Shown: positions 46,357-55,407 of the stretch, in pieces
How positions within the stretch are numbered: position 1 is the first letter of the stretch
Layout of the letters: every line of letters begins with the position of its first letter
From: an uncultured Sphingopyxis sp.
Lineage (GTDB): Bacteria > Pseudomonadota > Alphaproteobacteria > Sphingomonadales > Sphingomonadaceae
Length of the DNA: 64,000 nt
Reading direction: 5' to 3'
Assembly (NCBI GenBank): GCA_964401155.1
Contig: CAYNXF010000004.1
Location: forward strand, 42,887-106,886
Translations under genes and position numbers: made by a program
The notes under the pieces: generated by a model
What the model saw: only the letters and a program-made list of their open reading frames with translations
What the model was told of the DNA's origin: nothing
The model's database searches: none

Positions 46357-47292
46357 TCAATCAAACAGCGACGACACGCTGCTCTCATCGGCAATGCGCT
46401 TGATCGCCTCGCCCAGCAACGGCGCGACGGTCAGCACGCGGACGCGCGCGCTGTCGGTCACCGCATCGGTCGGCTGGATCGAATCGGTGATGACCAGCTC
46501 GGTCAGCTCGCTGTCCTCGACCCGCGCCACCGCGCCGCCCGACAGCACGCCGTGGCTGCAATAGGCAACGACGCCCTCGGCTCCCGCGGCCTTCAGCGCG
46601 GCGGCGGCATTGCACAGCGTGCCTGCCGAATCGACGATATCGTCGATCAAGATGCAAAAGCGGCCCGCAACGTCGCCGATGATGTTCATCACCTCGCTCT
46701 CGCCCGCGCGCTCGCGGCGTTTGTCGACGATGGCGAGCGGCGCGTTGTCGAGCCGCTTCGCCAGCGCGCGCGCGCGCACCACGCCGCCGACGTCGGGCGA
46801 CACGACCATCAGATTTTTGTCACCAAAGCGCGCCTGGATGTCGGCGCTCATCACCGGCGCGGCATAGAGGTTATCGGTCGGGATATCGAAAAAGCCCTGG
46901 ATCTGACCGGCGTGCAGGTCAATTGCCAGCACGCGGTCGGCCCCCGCCGTGGTGATGATGTTCGCCACCAGCTTCGCTGAAATCGGCGTGCGCGGCCCCG
47001 GCTTGCGGTCCTGCCGCGCATAGCCAAAGTAAGGAACCACCGCAGTAATCCGCTTTGCCGACGCGCGGCGCAGCGCGTCGCAGATGATCAGCAATTCCAT
47101 GAGGTTATCGTTGGCGGGAAAATTGGTCGGCTGGATGATGAACACATCTTCGCCGCGCACATTTTCATGGATTTCGACGAACACTTCCTCGTCGGCAAAG
47201 CGGCGCACGCTGGCATCGGTCAGCGGCGCGTCGAGATAATCGGCAACCGCGCGCGCCAGCGGCAGGTTGCTGTTGCCCGAGATGAGTTTCAT
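46357..47292 (-). CDS. prs: ribose-phosphate pyrophosphokinase
   Basis: [46 protein letters not shown]. Start taken at ATG 47292. Confidence 0.95.
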   Translation of the reverse strand: MKLISGNSNLPLARAVADYLDAPLTDASVRRFADEEVFVEIHENVRGEDVFIIQPTNFPANDNLMELLIICDALRRASAKRITAVVPYFGYARQDRKPGPRTPISAKLVANIITTAGADRVLAIDLHAGQIQGFFDIPTDNLYAAPVMSADIQARFGDKNLMVVSPDVGGVVRARALAKRLDNAPLAIVDKRRERAGESEVMNIIGDVAGRFCILIDDIVDSAGTLCNAAAALKAAGAEGVVAYCSHGVLSGGAVARVEDSELTELVITDSIQPTDAVTDSARVRVLTVAPLLGEAIKRIADESSVSSLFD

Positions 47293-47332
47293 TGCTGCTG
47301 AGTCCCCACGCGCGCCAGATGTTGGCCGCGCC

Positions 47333-48268
47333 TTAGCCACCACGGCTGGCAAGGGGAAGGCCAATCTGCTCGCCCGACGCATGTCGGCGGTGGGTGCCGA
47401 ACAAATGGTCCCAGATGCTCAGCGCAAAGCCGTAATTGTGATTATGGTCATCCCCGTGCGCGCCATGATGGACGCGGTGCATCGCGGGCGTCACCCAGAT
47501 GCGGCGCAGTGCGGCATCGGCGCGCGGGGACAGCCGCAAATTGGCATGCTCGATAACACTCCCCACCGCCAGCCACGCCTCAAACGCCAGCACCGCCACC
47601 AGCGGCAGGCCAAGGAACAACGTCAGCGCGCTTTTATACAGCATCGACACGATGGCCTCGGCCGGGTTGAAGCGCACCGCCGTCGACACATCCATCGCGC
47701 TGTCGGCATGGTGCAGCCGGTGCAGCGCCCACCCCCAGCGCGTCGCGTGGAACAGGCGGTGCTGCCAGTAAATGGCGAAGTCCATGGCGATGATCGCGAT
47801 GATGATGACGGCGGGAAGCGGCAGGGCGAATTGGCGGAGCAGGCCGTAATCTGCTGTCTCCGCGAGCACGGCGACTCCGGCGGGAGCGGCAACGCCGGCG
47901 AGGCGGACGAGCAGGGCATTGAAGAGGCCAAGCCCGAAGTTGACCGGCCAGCGGCGGCGCGCCGCCGGACGGTCGGGCCGCGCCAGCTCGGCAAGCGCGA
48001 CCAGCACCAGCGCCGAAGCGATGACCGCGATGGGCCATAGCGCTGCCAGCGGGGGGGCTTGGGTGAAAGCAGGGACAGCAACCATGGCGGGCAAGCTAGC
48101 GGATACGGCGAAAAATTGGAAAGCAATGATGGCAGGCCGTGACCAATTGGCACGCACCACCCCCGCCCCTTCACCCATCGTCGCCCAGCAGTTGATGCGG
48201 GGCTTGGCTATCCTTGTGCGGACCAGCGCGCCGGCCGCAAGCCCATCAAGAGCCAAACGCCGTTTCAC
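47333..48268 (-). CDS. fatty-acid hydroxylase / sterol desaturase family membrane protein
   Basis: Histidine boxes [18 protein letters not shown] and [17 protein letters not shown], with multiple TM helices. The true start may be an internal Met near 48178. Confidence 0.8.
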   Translation of the reverse strand: MKRRLALDGLAAGALVRTRIAKPRINCWATMGEGAGVVRANWSRPAIIAFQFFAVSASLPAMVAVPAFTQAPPLAALWPIAVIASALVLVALAELARPDRPAARRRWPVNFGLGLFNALLVRLAGVAAPAGVAVLAETADYGLLRQFALPLPAVIIIAIIAMDFAIYWQHRLFHATRWGWALHRLHHADSAMDVSTAVRFNPAEAIVSMLYKSALTLFLGLPLVAVLAFEAWLAVGSVIEHANLRLSPRADAALRRIWVTPAMHRVHHGAHGDDHNHNYGFALSIWDHLFGTHRRHASGEQIGLPLASRGG

Positions 48269-48354
48269 GCACAGGGCGACGGGTGGGGCGTCGTCGGGGC
48301 GATGTCGGGGTGCGACGCCATTGCGGCCTACCCAGCTGGTGCTACCATGCTCAA

Positions 48355-48744
48355 ATGATACGAATTCTGCTCGCCGAAACTGCCCCGCTCATGCTGGGCG
48401 CGTGCAGCGATCCATGCTCCAATAACGTCGCAGCGCGATTGGCTTCGCCCGATGGCCGATACGAAGCCGTCCTATTTCAGCGTGACTGCGGCGCCACCAC
48501 GGGTTTTTCAACGCAGATTTCGGTTCTGGAGGCTGGAGAAAAATTATCAGGAGGCGGCAATATCTTTCGGGCGGACGATGACCATGGTGCAGCGAAAATC
48601 GGCGCATGGGGTGGTTCATGGGCCGAAATGAAATGGCTGGCGGCGGACCGTTTGCATGTTCGATATGCCGTAAATTCCCGGCTGTTTGAGCAAGACGAAT
48701 CCGTTGCCGGGGTCACGGTAAGCTACGAAATGGTCGGTCGCTGA
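48355..48744 (+). CDS. hypothetical small lipoprotein
   Basis: MIRILLAETAPLMLGA-C lipobox. No recognisable domain. Start taken at ATG 48355, inside a longer track ORF. Confidence 0.5.
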   Translation: MIRILLAETAPLMLGACSDPCSNNVAARLASPDGRYEAVLFQRDCGATTGFSTQISVLEAGEKLSGGGNIFRADDDHGAAKIGAWGGSWAEMKWLAADRLHVRYAVNSRLFEQDESVAGVTVSYEMVGR

Positions 48745-49044
48745 AATACCACATCCCGGCTCCGGCGCGCCCACTTTCCGCTTTCCTACATCCTCCGCTT
48801 CTGTCTTAGCTGCGGCAATGCTCGTCCACGCTCGCCCTTTCCCGCAAGCCCTTTGGACCCCCGCCGCTAAAGCGACAAAGGCAGCACTCCCACTGCGAAC
48901 GACGGTATCTTTTGCATCCTTATCGCTCGCCCCGCCGTCGCCCTGCGGTCCACCCCAAAGCCCCCAACCAAGGGGGGGACGTACCGTGAACTTCGTGAAC
49001 TTTGCCGGTTGTGAACGCCGCCCGCCCACGCCAAGACATTCCCC

Positions 49045-50721
49045 ATGACCGACGCCCTCATCCCCGGTAAACTGACCATCGTCATTGCCCAGCTGACGCA
49101 GGCCGTCGGCGACCTCGCCGCCAATGCCGCCGCGATGCTGAGCGTCCGGGCGCGGCATCCATCCGCCGACCTCATCCTCTATCCCGAGCTGCAGCTGATC
49201 GGCTATCCGCCCGAGGATCTGGTGCTCAAGCCCGCGCTCGCTGTCCGCGCTGCCAATGAACTCGCCAAACTCGCCGCCGCCACCGCCGATGTCGGCCCCG
49301 CCATGCTCGTCGGCAGCGTCGAGCGCGATGCGGATGGCAAGCTCTATAACATCGTCGCGCTGCTCGATGGCGGGCGCACCCACGCGGTGCGGCGCAAGCA
49401 TGACCTGCCCAATTACGGCACGTTCGACGAAAAGCGCGTCTTCGCTGCCGGGCCGATGCCCGATGTGGTCGAATGGCGCGGCGTCAAGCTTGGCCTGCCG
49501 ATTTGCGAGGATGGCTGGTATCCGCCGGTTTGCGCGCACCTCGCCGCGCAGGGGGCCGAAATCCTCATCTCGGTCAACGGCAGCCCCTATGAAATCGACA
49601 AGGACGAACGCCGCCTCAGCGAGGTGTTCGCGGGGCGCGTTGCCGAAACCGGGCTACCGCTCATCTTTTTGAACCGTGTCGGCGGGCAGGACGAGCTGGT
49701 GTTCGATGGCTGCTCGTTCGTGCTGGGGGCCGACGGCCGCATGCGCCACCGCTTGCCCGACTGGGAAGAGGCCGAAGCGGTAACGCACTGGAAACACGGC
49801 GATGGCGGCTGGGAATGCGACGATGGCATCATCGCGCCATGGGACGACCACCCCGCCGATATCTATCACGCCATGGTCGTGAGCCTGCGCGACTATGTTG
49901 ATCGCAACCGCTTTCCGGGCGTCGTCTTGGGCCTGTCGGGCGGGATCGACAGCGCCATTTGTGCCGCCATCGCCGCCGACGCGCTGGGGCCCGAGCGGGT
50001 GTGGTGCGTCATGCTGCCCAGCCGCTTCACCAGCAATGCGAGCCTGGACGACGCCGCCGCCTGCGCCGAGATGATTGGCGCGCGCCACGACGTCATCCCC
50101 ATCGTGCCCGCAGTCGAGGCGTTTGACGCCATGCTCGAGGGCAGCTTTGCCGACCGCAACTACGACACCACCGAAGAAAATGTGCAATCGCGCATTCGCG
50201 GCGTGACGCTGATGGCGCTCAGCAACAAATTCGGACCCATGCTGCTAACCACCGGCAACAAGAGCGAGATGAGCGTCGGCTATGCGACCATCTATGGCGA
50301 TATGGCGGGGGGCTATAACCCGCTGAAGGATGCGTATAAAACCACGGTGTTCGCGCTCGCCAAGTGGCGCAACGCCAATGTCCCGCGCCTGTCGCTGAAC
50401 CCGGTCGCGCCGGTGATGCCCGATCGCATCATCACCAAACCGCCCAGCGCCGAGCTGCGCCCCGACCAGAAGGACGAGGACAGCCTGCCGCCGTACGCGG
50501 ACCTCGACCGCATGCTGCATATGCTGGTCGAGGAAGAGGCGAGCGTCGATGACGTCGTGGCGCGTTACGGCTTTGACCGCGCGGCGGTGGTGCGGATCGA
50601 ACGGCTGCTGGCGATTGCCGAATATAAACGGCGACAGGCCCCGCCGGGGGTCAAGCTGGGCACGCGCAATTTCGGCCGCGACCGGCGCTATCCCATCACC
50701 CATGGGTTCCGGACGGGCTAA
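49045..50721 (+). CDS. nadE: glutamine-dependent NAD+ synthetase
   Basis: N-terminal CN-hydrolase domain (PELQLIGYPPEDL, ICEDGWYP) and a synthetase domain with the PP-loop LGLSGGIDSA. 558 aa. Confidence 0.93.
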   Translation: MTDALIPGKLTIVIAQLTQAVGDLAANAAAMLSVRARHPSADLILYPELQLIGYPPEDLVLKPALAVRAANELAKLAAATADVGPAMLVGSVERDADGKLYNIVALLDGGRTHAVRRKHDLPNYGTFDEKRVFAAGPMPDVVEWRGVKLGLPICEDGWYPPVCAHLAAQGAEILISVNGSPYEIDKDERRLSEVFAGRVAETGLPLIFLNRVGGQDELVFDGCSFVLGADGRMRHRLPDWEEAEAVTHWKHGDGGWECDDGIIAPWDDHPADIYHAMVVSLRDYVDRNRFPGVVLGLSGGIDSAICAAIAADALGPERVWCVMLPSRFTSNASLDDAAACAEMIGARHDVIPIVPAVEAFDAMLEGSFADRNYDTTEENVQSRIRGVTLMALSNKFGPMLLTTGNKSEMSVGYATIYGDMAGGYNPLKDAYKTTVFALAKWRNANVPRLSLNPVAPVMPDRIITKPPSAELRPDQKDEDSLPPYADLDRMLHMLVEEEASVDDVVARYGFDRAAVVRIERLLAIAEYKRRQAPPGVKLGTRNFGRDRRYPITHGFRTG

Positions 50722-50794
50722 TGTTTGTTGCGCTGACGTGGAAGCGGCGCGCGCGGGGCCGGGGCCGGGTGTTTCAGCGCCGCTGCAGCAGCAA

Positions 50795-51964
50795 TTAGGC
50801 GGCCGCGCGGTTGGCCCGACGCGTCGTGCCTGCCTTGCGGTCGCGGCTGTCTTTTGCGGCATAGAGTGTCGCGTCGGCGGCAGCGAACAGCTCGGTCAGG
50901 TTGCGACCGTCCTTGGGTGATACCGCCATCCCGGCGCTGGCACCCAGCGTGATCAGCGCGCTGCCGACATGAAAGGTGGGGACCAACGCGGTCAGCATTC
51001 GATTGACGCGCGCGGCGAGCGACGCGGCTTCGGGTCCGGCCACGAGGAGCGCAAATTCATCGCCGCCCAGCCGGGCGAGCATCGCGTCCGCTCCCACCGC
51101 GCGCTGCATCCGCGCGGCAATCTGTACCAGCAGCGCATCGCCCGCTGCATGGCCGTGACGGTCGTTGACGGCTTTGAAACCGTCGAGATCAATGAGCGCA
51201 AGGCCGACCATCGCGTCGGGCGCGGCAAAGGCATCTTCGGCGAGTTCAACCAGCGCGCGGCGGTTGAACAGCCCGGTCAGCGGATCGGTGTTTGCCTGTT
51301 CGCGCAGCCGGTGTTTGAGCAGCATCAGGTCGAGCAGCTGGCGGTGCTGGTCGGCAATCATCCGCACCAGAAAGAGGGTGGCGATAGCAACAAAGGCCCC
51401 GGCCACGCGGTCCAGCTCGCTGCCGAACAGCATCAGCGCGGTTGCGATCGGCGTTATGCCGCCGGCAAGATTGGCATAGGACACCATGCGGATGGCGGCG
51501 ACACTGAATGCCGTCGTCAGCGACCCCATGGCGATGAACATGGGGTAATAGCTTTGCTGCTCCGGCGCGGCATAATGCCAGCTGGCGATGCACCACAACG
51601 AACACAGCGCACAGATGGCGCAGGACAGCAGCGCCGTGCGCGCAATCTGCTGCCGCGCTGCATCGGCAGCAATGCACTTGCCGCGCTGCATCAGCCACCA
51701 CACCAGCCGCAGCCCCGCGCCGACAATGACAAAGCAAGGGATGCCGATGCGCACCAGCCAAGGCGCGGCAGCATCGGCCGCCAGCATGGCCGTAAAGACG
51801 ACCAAGATGATGGTGAGATAGACGGTTGGCAGCCGCTGCTGCAGTTGCTCATAGCGAAGCAACGCCACTTCGTCGCGGATTTCCGCCGGAATCGGCGGCC
51901 AAATCTGGTTCCGGAGTGTTTGCAGCCCAGCCATGCTGCTCGCATAGGCCGTTAAGGAAAACAA
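50795..51964 (-). CDS. membrane-bound diguanylate cyclase (GGDEF)
   Basis: Six predicted TM helices, then DPLTGLFNRR, DLDGFKAVNDRHGHAAGD and RLGGDEFALL. Confidence 0.9.
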   Translation of the reverse strand: MFSLTAYASSMAGLQTLRNQIWPPIPAEIRDEVALLRYEQLQQRLPTVYLTIILVVFTAMLAADAAAPWLVRIGIPCFVIVGAGLRLVWWLMQRGKCIAADAARQQIARTALLSCAICALCSLWCIASWHYAAPEQQSYYPMFIAMGSLTTAFSVAAIRMVSYANLAGGITPIATALMLFGSELDRVAGAFVAIATLFLVRMIADQHRQLLDLMLLKHRLREQANTDPLTGLFNRRALVELAEDAFAAPDAMVGLALIDLDGFKAVNDRHGHAAGDALLVQIAARMQRAVGADAMLARLGGDEFALLVAGPEAASLAARVNRMLTALVPTFHVGSALITLGASAGMAVSPKDGRNLTELFAAADATLYAAKDSRDRKAGTTRRANRAAA

Positions 51965-52064
51965 AGCGTAAAACCGAAGACCCGTTTGCTAACGGATTCG
52001 CATTGGAACGAAACATTGGCAGTCGCCCTCGCGCTGCCCCAAAAACCCGCTATAGGCGCTGCCC

Positions 52065-53381
52065 ATGACTGTCGTGACCCGTTTTGCTCCTTCACCCACC
52101 GGCCATTTGCATGTCGGCAACGTCCGCACCGCAATTCACAACTGGATGTGGGCCAGGAAGCACGGCGGCCGCTTTCTGCTGCGCATCGACGACACCGACG
52201 GCGAACGGTCGCGCGAGGAATTTGTCGAAGGCATCCGCGCCGATCTGGCCTGGTTGGGCCTGACCACTGACAGCGAGGAACGGCAGTCGGCCCGTTTTAG
52301 CCTCTATGAACAATCGTTTGAACGGCTAAAGACGGCGGGGCGCGTCTATGCCTGCTACGAAACACCCGAAGAACTCGACATCCGCCGCAAGATATTGCTG
52401 TCGCGCGGTCTGCCCCCGGTTTACGAGCGCAAGCCCGCCGATGCGCCGGTGCCGGCTGGTATCGCGCCGCATTGGCGCTTCCGGCTTGACTATGACGCGC
52501 CGATTGCGTGGGACGATCTGGTGCGCGGCCCCCAAAATTTCGACCCCAAATTGCTGTCCGATCCCGTCGTGCGCCGCGCCGACGGCAGCTGGCTCTATCT
52601 CCTCCCCAGCGTGATCGACGATATCGATATGGGCATTACCCATGTCGTGCGCGGCGAGGACCATGTGTCGAACACCGCGGCGCAGGTGCAGATGTTCACG
52701 GCGCTCGGCGCCGCGCCGCCGGTGTTTGCGCACGAGGCGCTGCTGGTGGGGACCGAGGGCAAGCTGTCCAAGCGCCTCGGCGCGCTGGGAATGGACCATT
52801 TTCGCGGGGAAGGGATCGAGCCCATCGCGCTGCTCGCGCTGCTGGCGCGGCTCGGGACGAGCGACCCGGTCGAGCCGGTGACCGAAGTAGCGCCGCTCAT
52901 TGCCAGCATCGATTTTGCTCGCTTCGGCCGCGCCCCGGCGCGCTTTGACGAAGAAGAATTGGCGCTGCTCAATGCCAAGATCATCCACCAGCTGCCCTAT
53001 GCGACTGTCGCCGAGCGGCTGCCACTCGCGATTTCGGCGGCAGCATGGGACGCAATCCGGCCCAATCTGGCGACGGTTGCAGAATCCGGTGAGTGGGCCG
53101 ACGTGCTGGCGACCGGATTCCCTCCGCCCGCCGCTGCTCCCGACGATGCCGACCTGCTGCGCGCTGCCGCTGACCTGTTGCCCGGCCTTAACTGGGCGGC
53201 CGACCCTTGGCACACGCTGACCGGCGCGCTCAAGGACGCGACGGGGCGCAAGGGCCGCGCGCTGTTCATGCCGCTGCGCCTCGCGCTGACCGGGCGCGAC
53301 CATGGGCCGGATATGGCGGCGCTGCTGCCACTGATCGGGCAGGAGGAAGCTGTGCGGCGGCTGCGCGTGGCGGCCAACTAA
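52065..53381 (+). CDS. gltX: glutamate--tRNA ligase (short 438-aa form)
   Basis: RFAPSPTGHLHVGNVRTA (HIGH) and KLSKR (KMSKS-type), class I Glx core. Confidence 0.9.
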   Translation: MTVVTRFAPSPTGHLHVGNVRTAIHNWMWARKHGGRFLLRIDDTDGERSREEFVEGIRADLAWLGLTTDSEERQSARFSLYEQSFERLKTAGRVYACYETPEELDIRRKILLSRGLPPVYERKPADAPVPAGIAPHWRFRLDYDAPIAWDDLVRGPQNFDPKLLSDPVVRRADGSWLYLLPSVIDDIDMGITHVVRGEDHVSNTAAQVQMFTALGAAPPVFAHEALLVGTEGKLSKRLGALGMDHFRGEGIEPIALLALLARLGTSDPVEPVTEVAPLIASIDFARFGRAPARFDEEELALLNAKIIHQLPYATVAERLPLAISAAAWDAIRPNLATVAESGEWADVLATGFPPPAAAPDDADLLRAAADLLPGLNWAADPWHTLTGALKDATGRKGRALFMPLRLALTGRDHGPDMAALLPLIGQEEAVRRLRVAAN

Positions 53382-53426
53382 GCCACGGGCTGCTTTCCGC
53401 GAGCGTCAACTTTCCGTAACGACCAA

Positions 53427-53442
53427 GATGATATATTATCAC
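53427..53442. promoter_or_regulatory. AT-rich palindrome TGATA-N3-TATCA (Fur-box-like) upstream of the TonB-family gene
   Basis: gatgatatattatcac lies about 100 nt upstream of the ATG at 53541, as an isolated AT island in GC-rich DNA. Confidence 0.25.
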
Positions 53443-53540
53443 TCTGTCAATCCGTATTGGGATTGGCTTCGGTGCCTCGCCGACTCGCGCACAAGACATG
53501 CTGGCGGCGGCGCACCGGACCTTTGGCAAGGAGAGATGCC

Positions 53541-54251
53541 ATGAGCCTGATACCCCTGTTGCTGGGCCGCGCGGCGACCCATGCGATCCCTGAAACCGCC
53601 GGTCCAGCACGTTACAATCCCGGCGGCGGCCACCGTCCGGTTGTCGGCGCGGTCGCGGTCGGATTGCCCCTCGCGCTGGTGGTTGCGGTGGCGCTGTCGC
53701 CGTTTGAAATGCCCGAGATTGTCGAATTTGAACCCATTGAGACGTGGAATATTCCAGCGCCGGTGCCGCCACCCCCGCCGCCGGACAGTGTCGATCCGCA
53801 GCCGCCAAAGCCCGACACCAAGACCACTGCGCCGCCGACTCCCTTTCCGCCCATCGATGATACGCATACGGTCAATCCGCCGATCGATCAGCCCCTGCCG
53901 CCTATCCCTGAGGTCGGCGAGAATCCGCCTGTCGAGGTCAAGCCGACGCCGCCGACGCCAGTCTTCATCGATGCCAAGCTCGACCCGCGTTACAAATCCA
54001 CGTTCCAGCCCGATTATCCGTCATACGAGCAGCGCAATGAGATTGAGGGCATCGCCAAAGTGCGCGTGCTGGTCGGGGCCGATGGCCGGGTGAAGGAGGT
54101 CGTCGAGCTGTCGAGCAGCAGCCCTGGCTTCTTTGCCGAAACCAAACGCCGCGCGCTCGCCAAATGGCGGTTCAAACCCGCGACGCGCGGCGGCACTGCG
54201 GAGGACAGCTGGGTCACCATGACGGTGCGTTTCGAGCTGAATCGCAGTTGA
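53541..54251 (+). CDS. TonB-family energy transducer
   Basis: AAGGAGAG RBS. TM anchor, a Pro-rich spacer (PAPVPPPPPPDSVDPQPPKP) and a TonB C-terminal domain (GIAKVRVLVGADGRVKEV...KWRFKPA). Confidence 0.88.
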   Translation: MSLIPLLLGRAATHAIPETAGPARYNPGGGHRPVVGAVAVGLPLALVVAVALSPFEMPEIVEFEPIETWNIPAPVPPPPPPDSVDPQPPKPDTKTTAPPTPFPPIDDTHTVNPPIDQPLPPIPEVGENPPVEVKPTPPTPVFIDAKLDPRYKSTFQPDYPSYEQRNEIEGIAKVRVLVGADGRVKEVVELSSSSPGFFAETKRRALAKWRFKPATRGGTAEDSWVTMTVRFELNRS

Positions 54252-54335
54252 TCCGCAGCGGGCGGGGCCAGCCCGGAACCGCCCCGCCCCTTGACATTGC
54301 CGAGGGAATCGACCAATGGCGCGCGCTACCGGAGC

Positions 54336-54363
54336 GGCAGCGCGCCAGCGCGCCGCCCTTTTT
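54336..54363 (+). terminator. terminator-like GC hairpin followed by a T5 run, in the tonB-rpmG spacer
   Basis: ggcagcgc-gccagc-gcgccgcc followed by cttttt, with one mismatch in the stem. Confidence 0.4.
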
Positions 54364-54428
54364 CGTTTCAACCATCGGCGGCGCGGGGCAATGTCCCGCC
54401 CCGCAGCACTGTTTAGGGATTAAGGGTC

Positions 54429-54596
54429 ATGGCCAAGCCGACCACCGTCAAAATCCGGCTGGTAAGCACCGCCGACACGGGCTTCTTCTATGTAACGAAG
54501 AAGAACCCGCGCACCATGACCGACAAGATGGTGCAGAAGAAGTACGACCCCGTCGTGCGCAAGCATGTCGAGTTCAAGGAAGCGAAGATTAAGTGA
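54429..54596 (+). CDS. rpmG: 50S ribosomal protein L33
   Basis: Translated by hand: [55 protein letters not shown] (55 aa). TAAGGG RBS. Absent from the ORF track because it is under 60 aa. Confidence 0.93.
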   Translation: MAKPTTVKIRLVSTADTGFFYVTKKNPRTMTDKMVQKKYDPVVRKHVEFKEAKIK

Positions 54597-54662
54597 CACA
54601 TTTCCCCGTGCGCTGAAAGCGCACGGCCTTGGAAATGTGTCACCCCGGACCTGATCCGGGGT
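54593..54662. repeat. two consecutive REP-like hairpins immediately after rpmG
   Basis: A 21-bp stem with a 4-nt bulge (gtgacacatttccccgtgcgc / gcgcacgg-cctt-ggaaatgtgtcac, 54593-54643) is followed by accccgga-cctga-tccggggt (54642-54662). Confidence 0.55.
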
Positions 54663-54671
54663 CCAGCACCC

Positions 54672-54699
54672 AAAGGGGCGGCCGTGTGCCGCCCTTTTT
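54672..54699. terminator. bidirectional intrinsic terminator between rpmG and the divK-like gene
   Basis: aaa-ggggcggc-cgtgt-gccgccc-ttttt, with A-run and T-run flanks. Confidence 0.6.
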
Positions 54700-54706
54700 C
54701 ATGGCG

Positions 54707-55069
54707 TCACGCAAAGGCCCCCACGCTTTCGATAAACTTAATCACCGAAATCGGCTTCGACACATACGCCTCGGCCCCCGCCGCGCGGATGCGGTCTTCG
54801 TCGCCTTTGCCGGCATAGGCGGTCACCGCCATGATCGGCACCGATGACAGCTGGGCGTCGGCCTTCAGCTGGACGATCAAATCCATCCCGCTGACGTGTG
54901 GCAACTGAATGTCCATGATGATCAGCTCGGGCTGCACCTCGCGCGCGCGCGCCAGGCAGTCGCGGCCGTCGCGCACCGCGTGGGCGGTATAGCCATGTGC
55001 GTTGAGCAGGTCGCAGAACAGCCGCAGGTTCAGCTCATTGTCTTCGACCACCAATACGGTCTTGCCCAT
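54707..55069 (-). CDS. divK: single-domain CheY-like response regulator (DivK-like)
   Basis: MGKTVLVVEDNELNLRLFCDLL, IIMDIQLPHVSG, VTAYAGKGDEDRIRAAGAEAYVSKPI. 120 aa. Confidence 0.75.
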   Translation of the reverse strand: MGKTVLVVEDNELNLRLFCDLLNAHGYTAHAVRDGRDCLARAREVQPELIIMDIQLPHVSGMDLIVQLKADAQLSSVPIMAVTAYAGKGDEDRIRAAGAEAYVSKPISVIKFIESVGAFA

Positions 55070-55125
55070 GATATCACGCTACTTTCGCGGCTTGTGTCGT
55101 GCGCGGGTTTAGGCGAAGCGGGGGC

Positions 55126-55407
55126 ATGAAACAATCACCCTCGCCCGATGCCGACGATGTGGCGCTGGCGCTGACCGCCTTGGCATGGATTTTGGGCGAC
55201 GAGGCGCGCGCGGAGCGGTTTCTGGCGCTTACGGGACTGACGCCCGATGCCTTGCGCGGTGCATTGGAAGACCGCGCGACGCAGGCGGCAATCTTAACCT
55301 TTCTGACAGGCCACGAAAATGACCTTGTGTCCTGCGCGGCGGCCATCGATAGCGACCCAACCTTACTCGCTGCCGCAGCGGCCCGACTCGATGGAACCGA
55401 ATTTTAA
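55126..55407 (+). CDS. DUF3572-family protein
   Basis: ALALTALAWILGDEARAERFLALTGLTPDALR. ATG 55126 has a G-rich RBS; the track ORF opens at GTG 55099. Confidence 0.65.
   Translation: MKQSPSPDADDVALALTALAWILGDEARAERFLALTGLTPDALRGALEDRATQAAILTFLTGHENDLVSCAAAIDSDPTLLAAAAARLDGTEF

Noticed and set aside
48616-49539. 307-aa minus-strand ORF
   Set aside because: It is antisense to the 5' part of nadE and runs through the upstream spacer. It has no motif.
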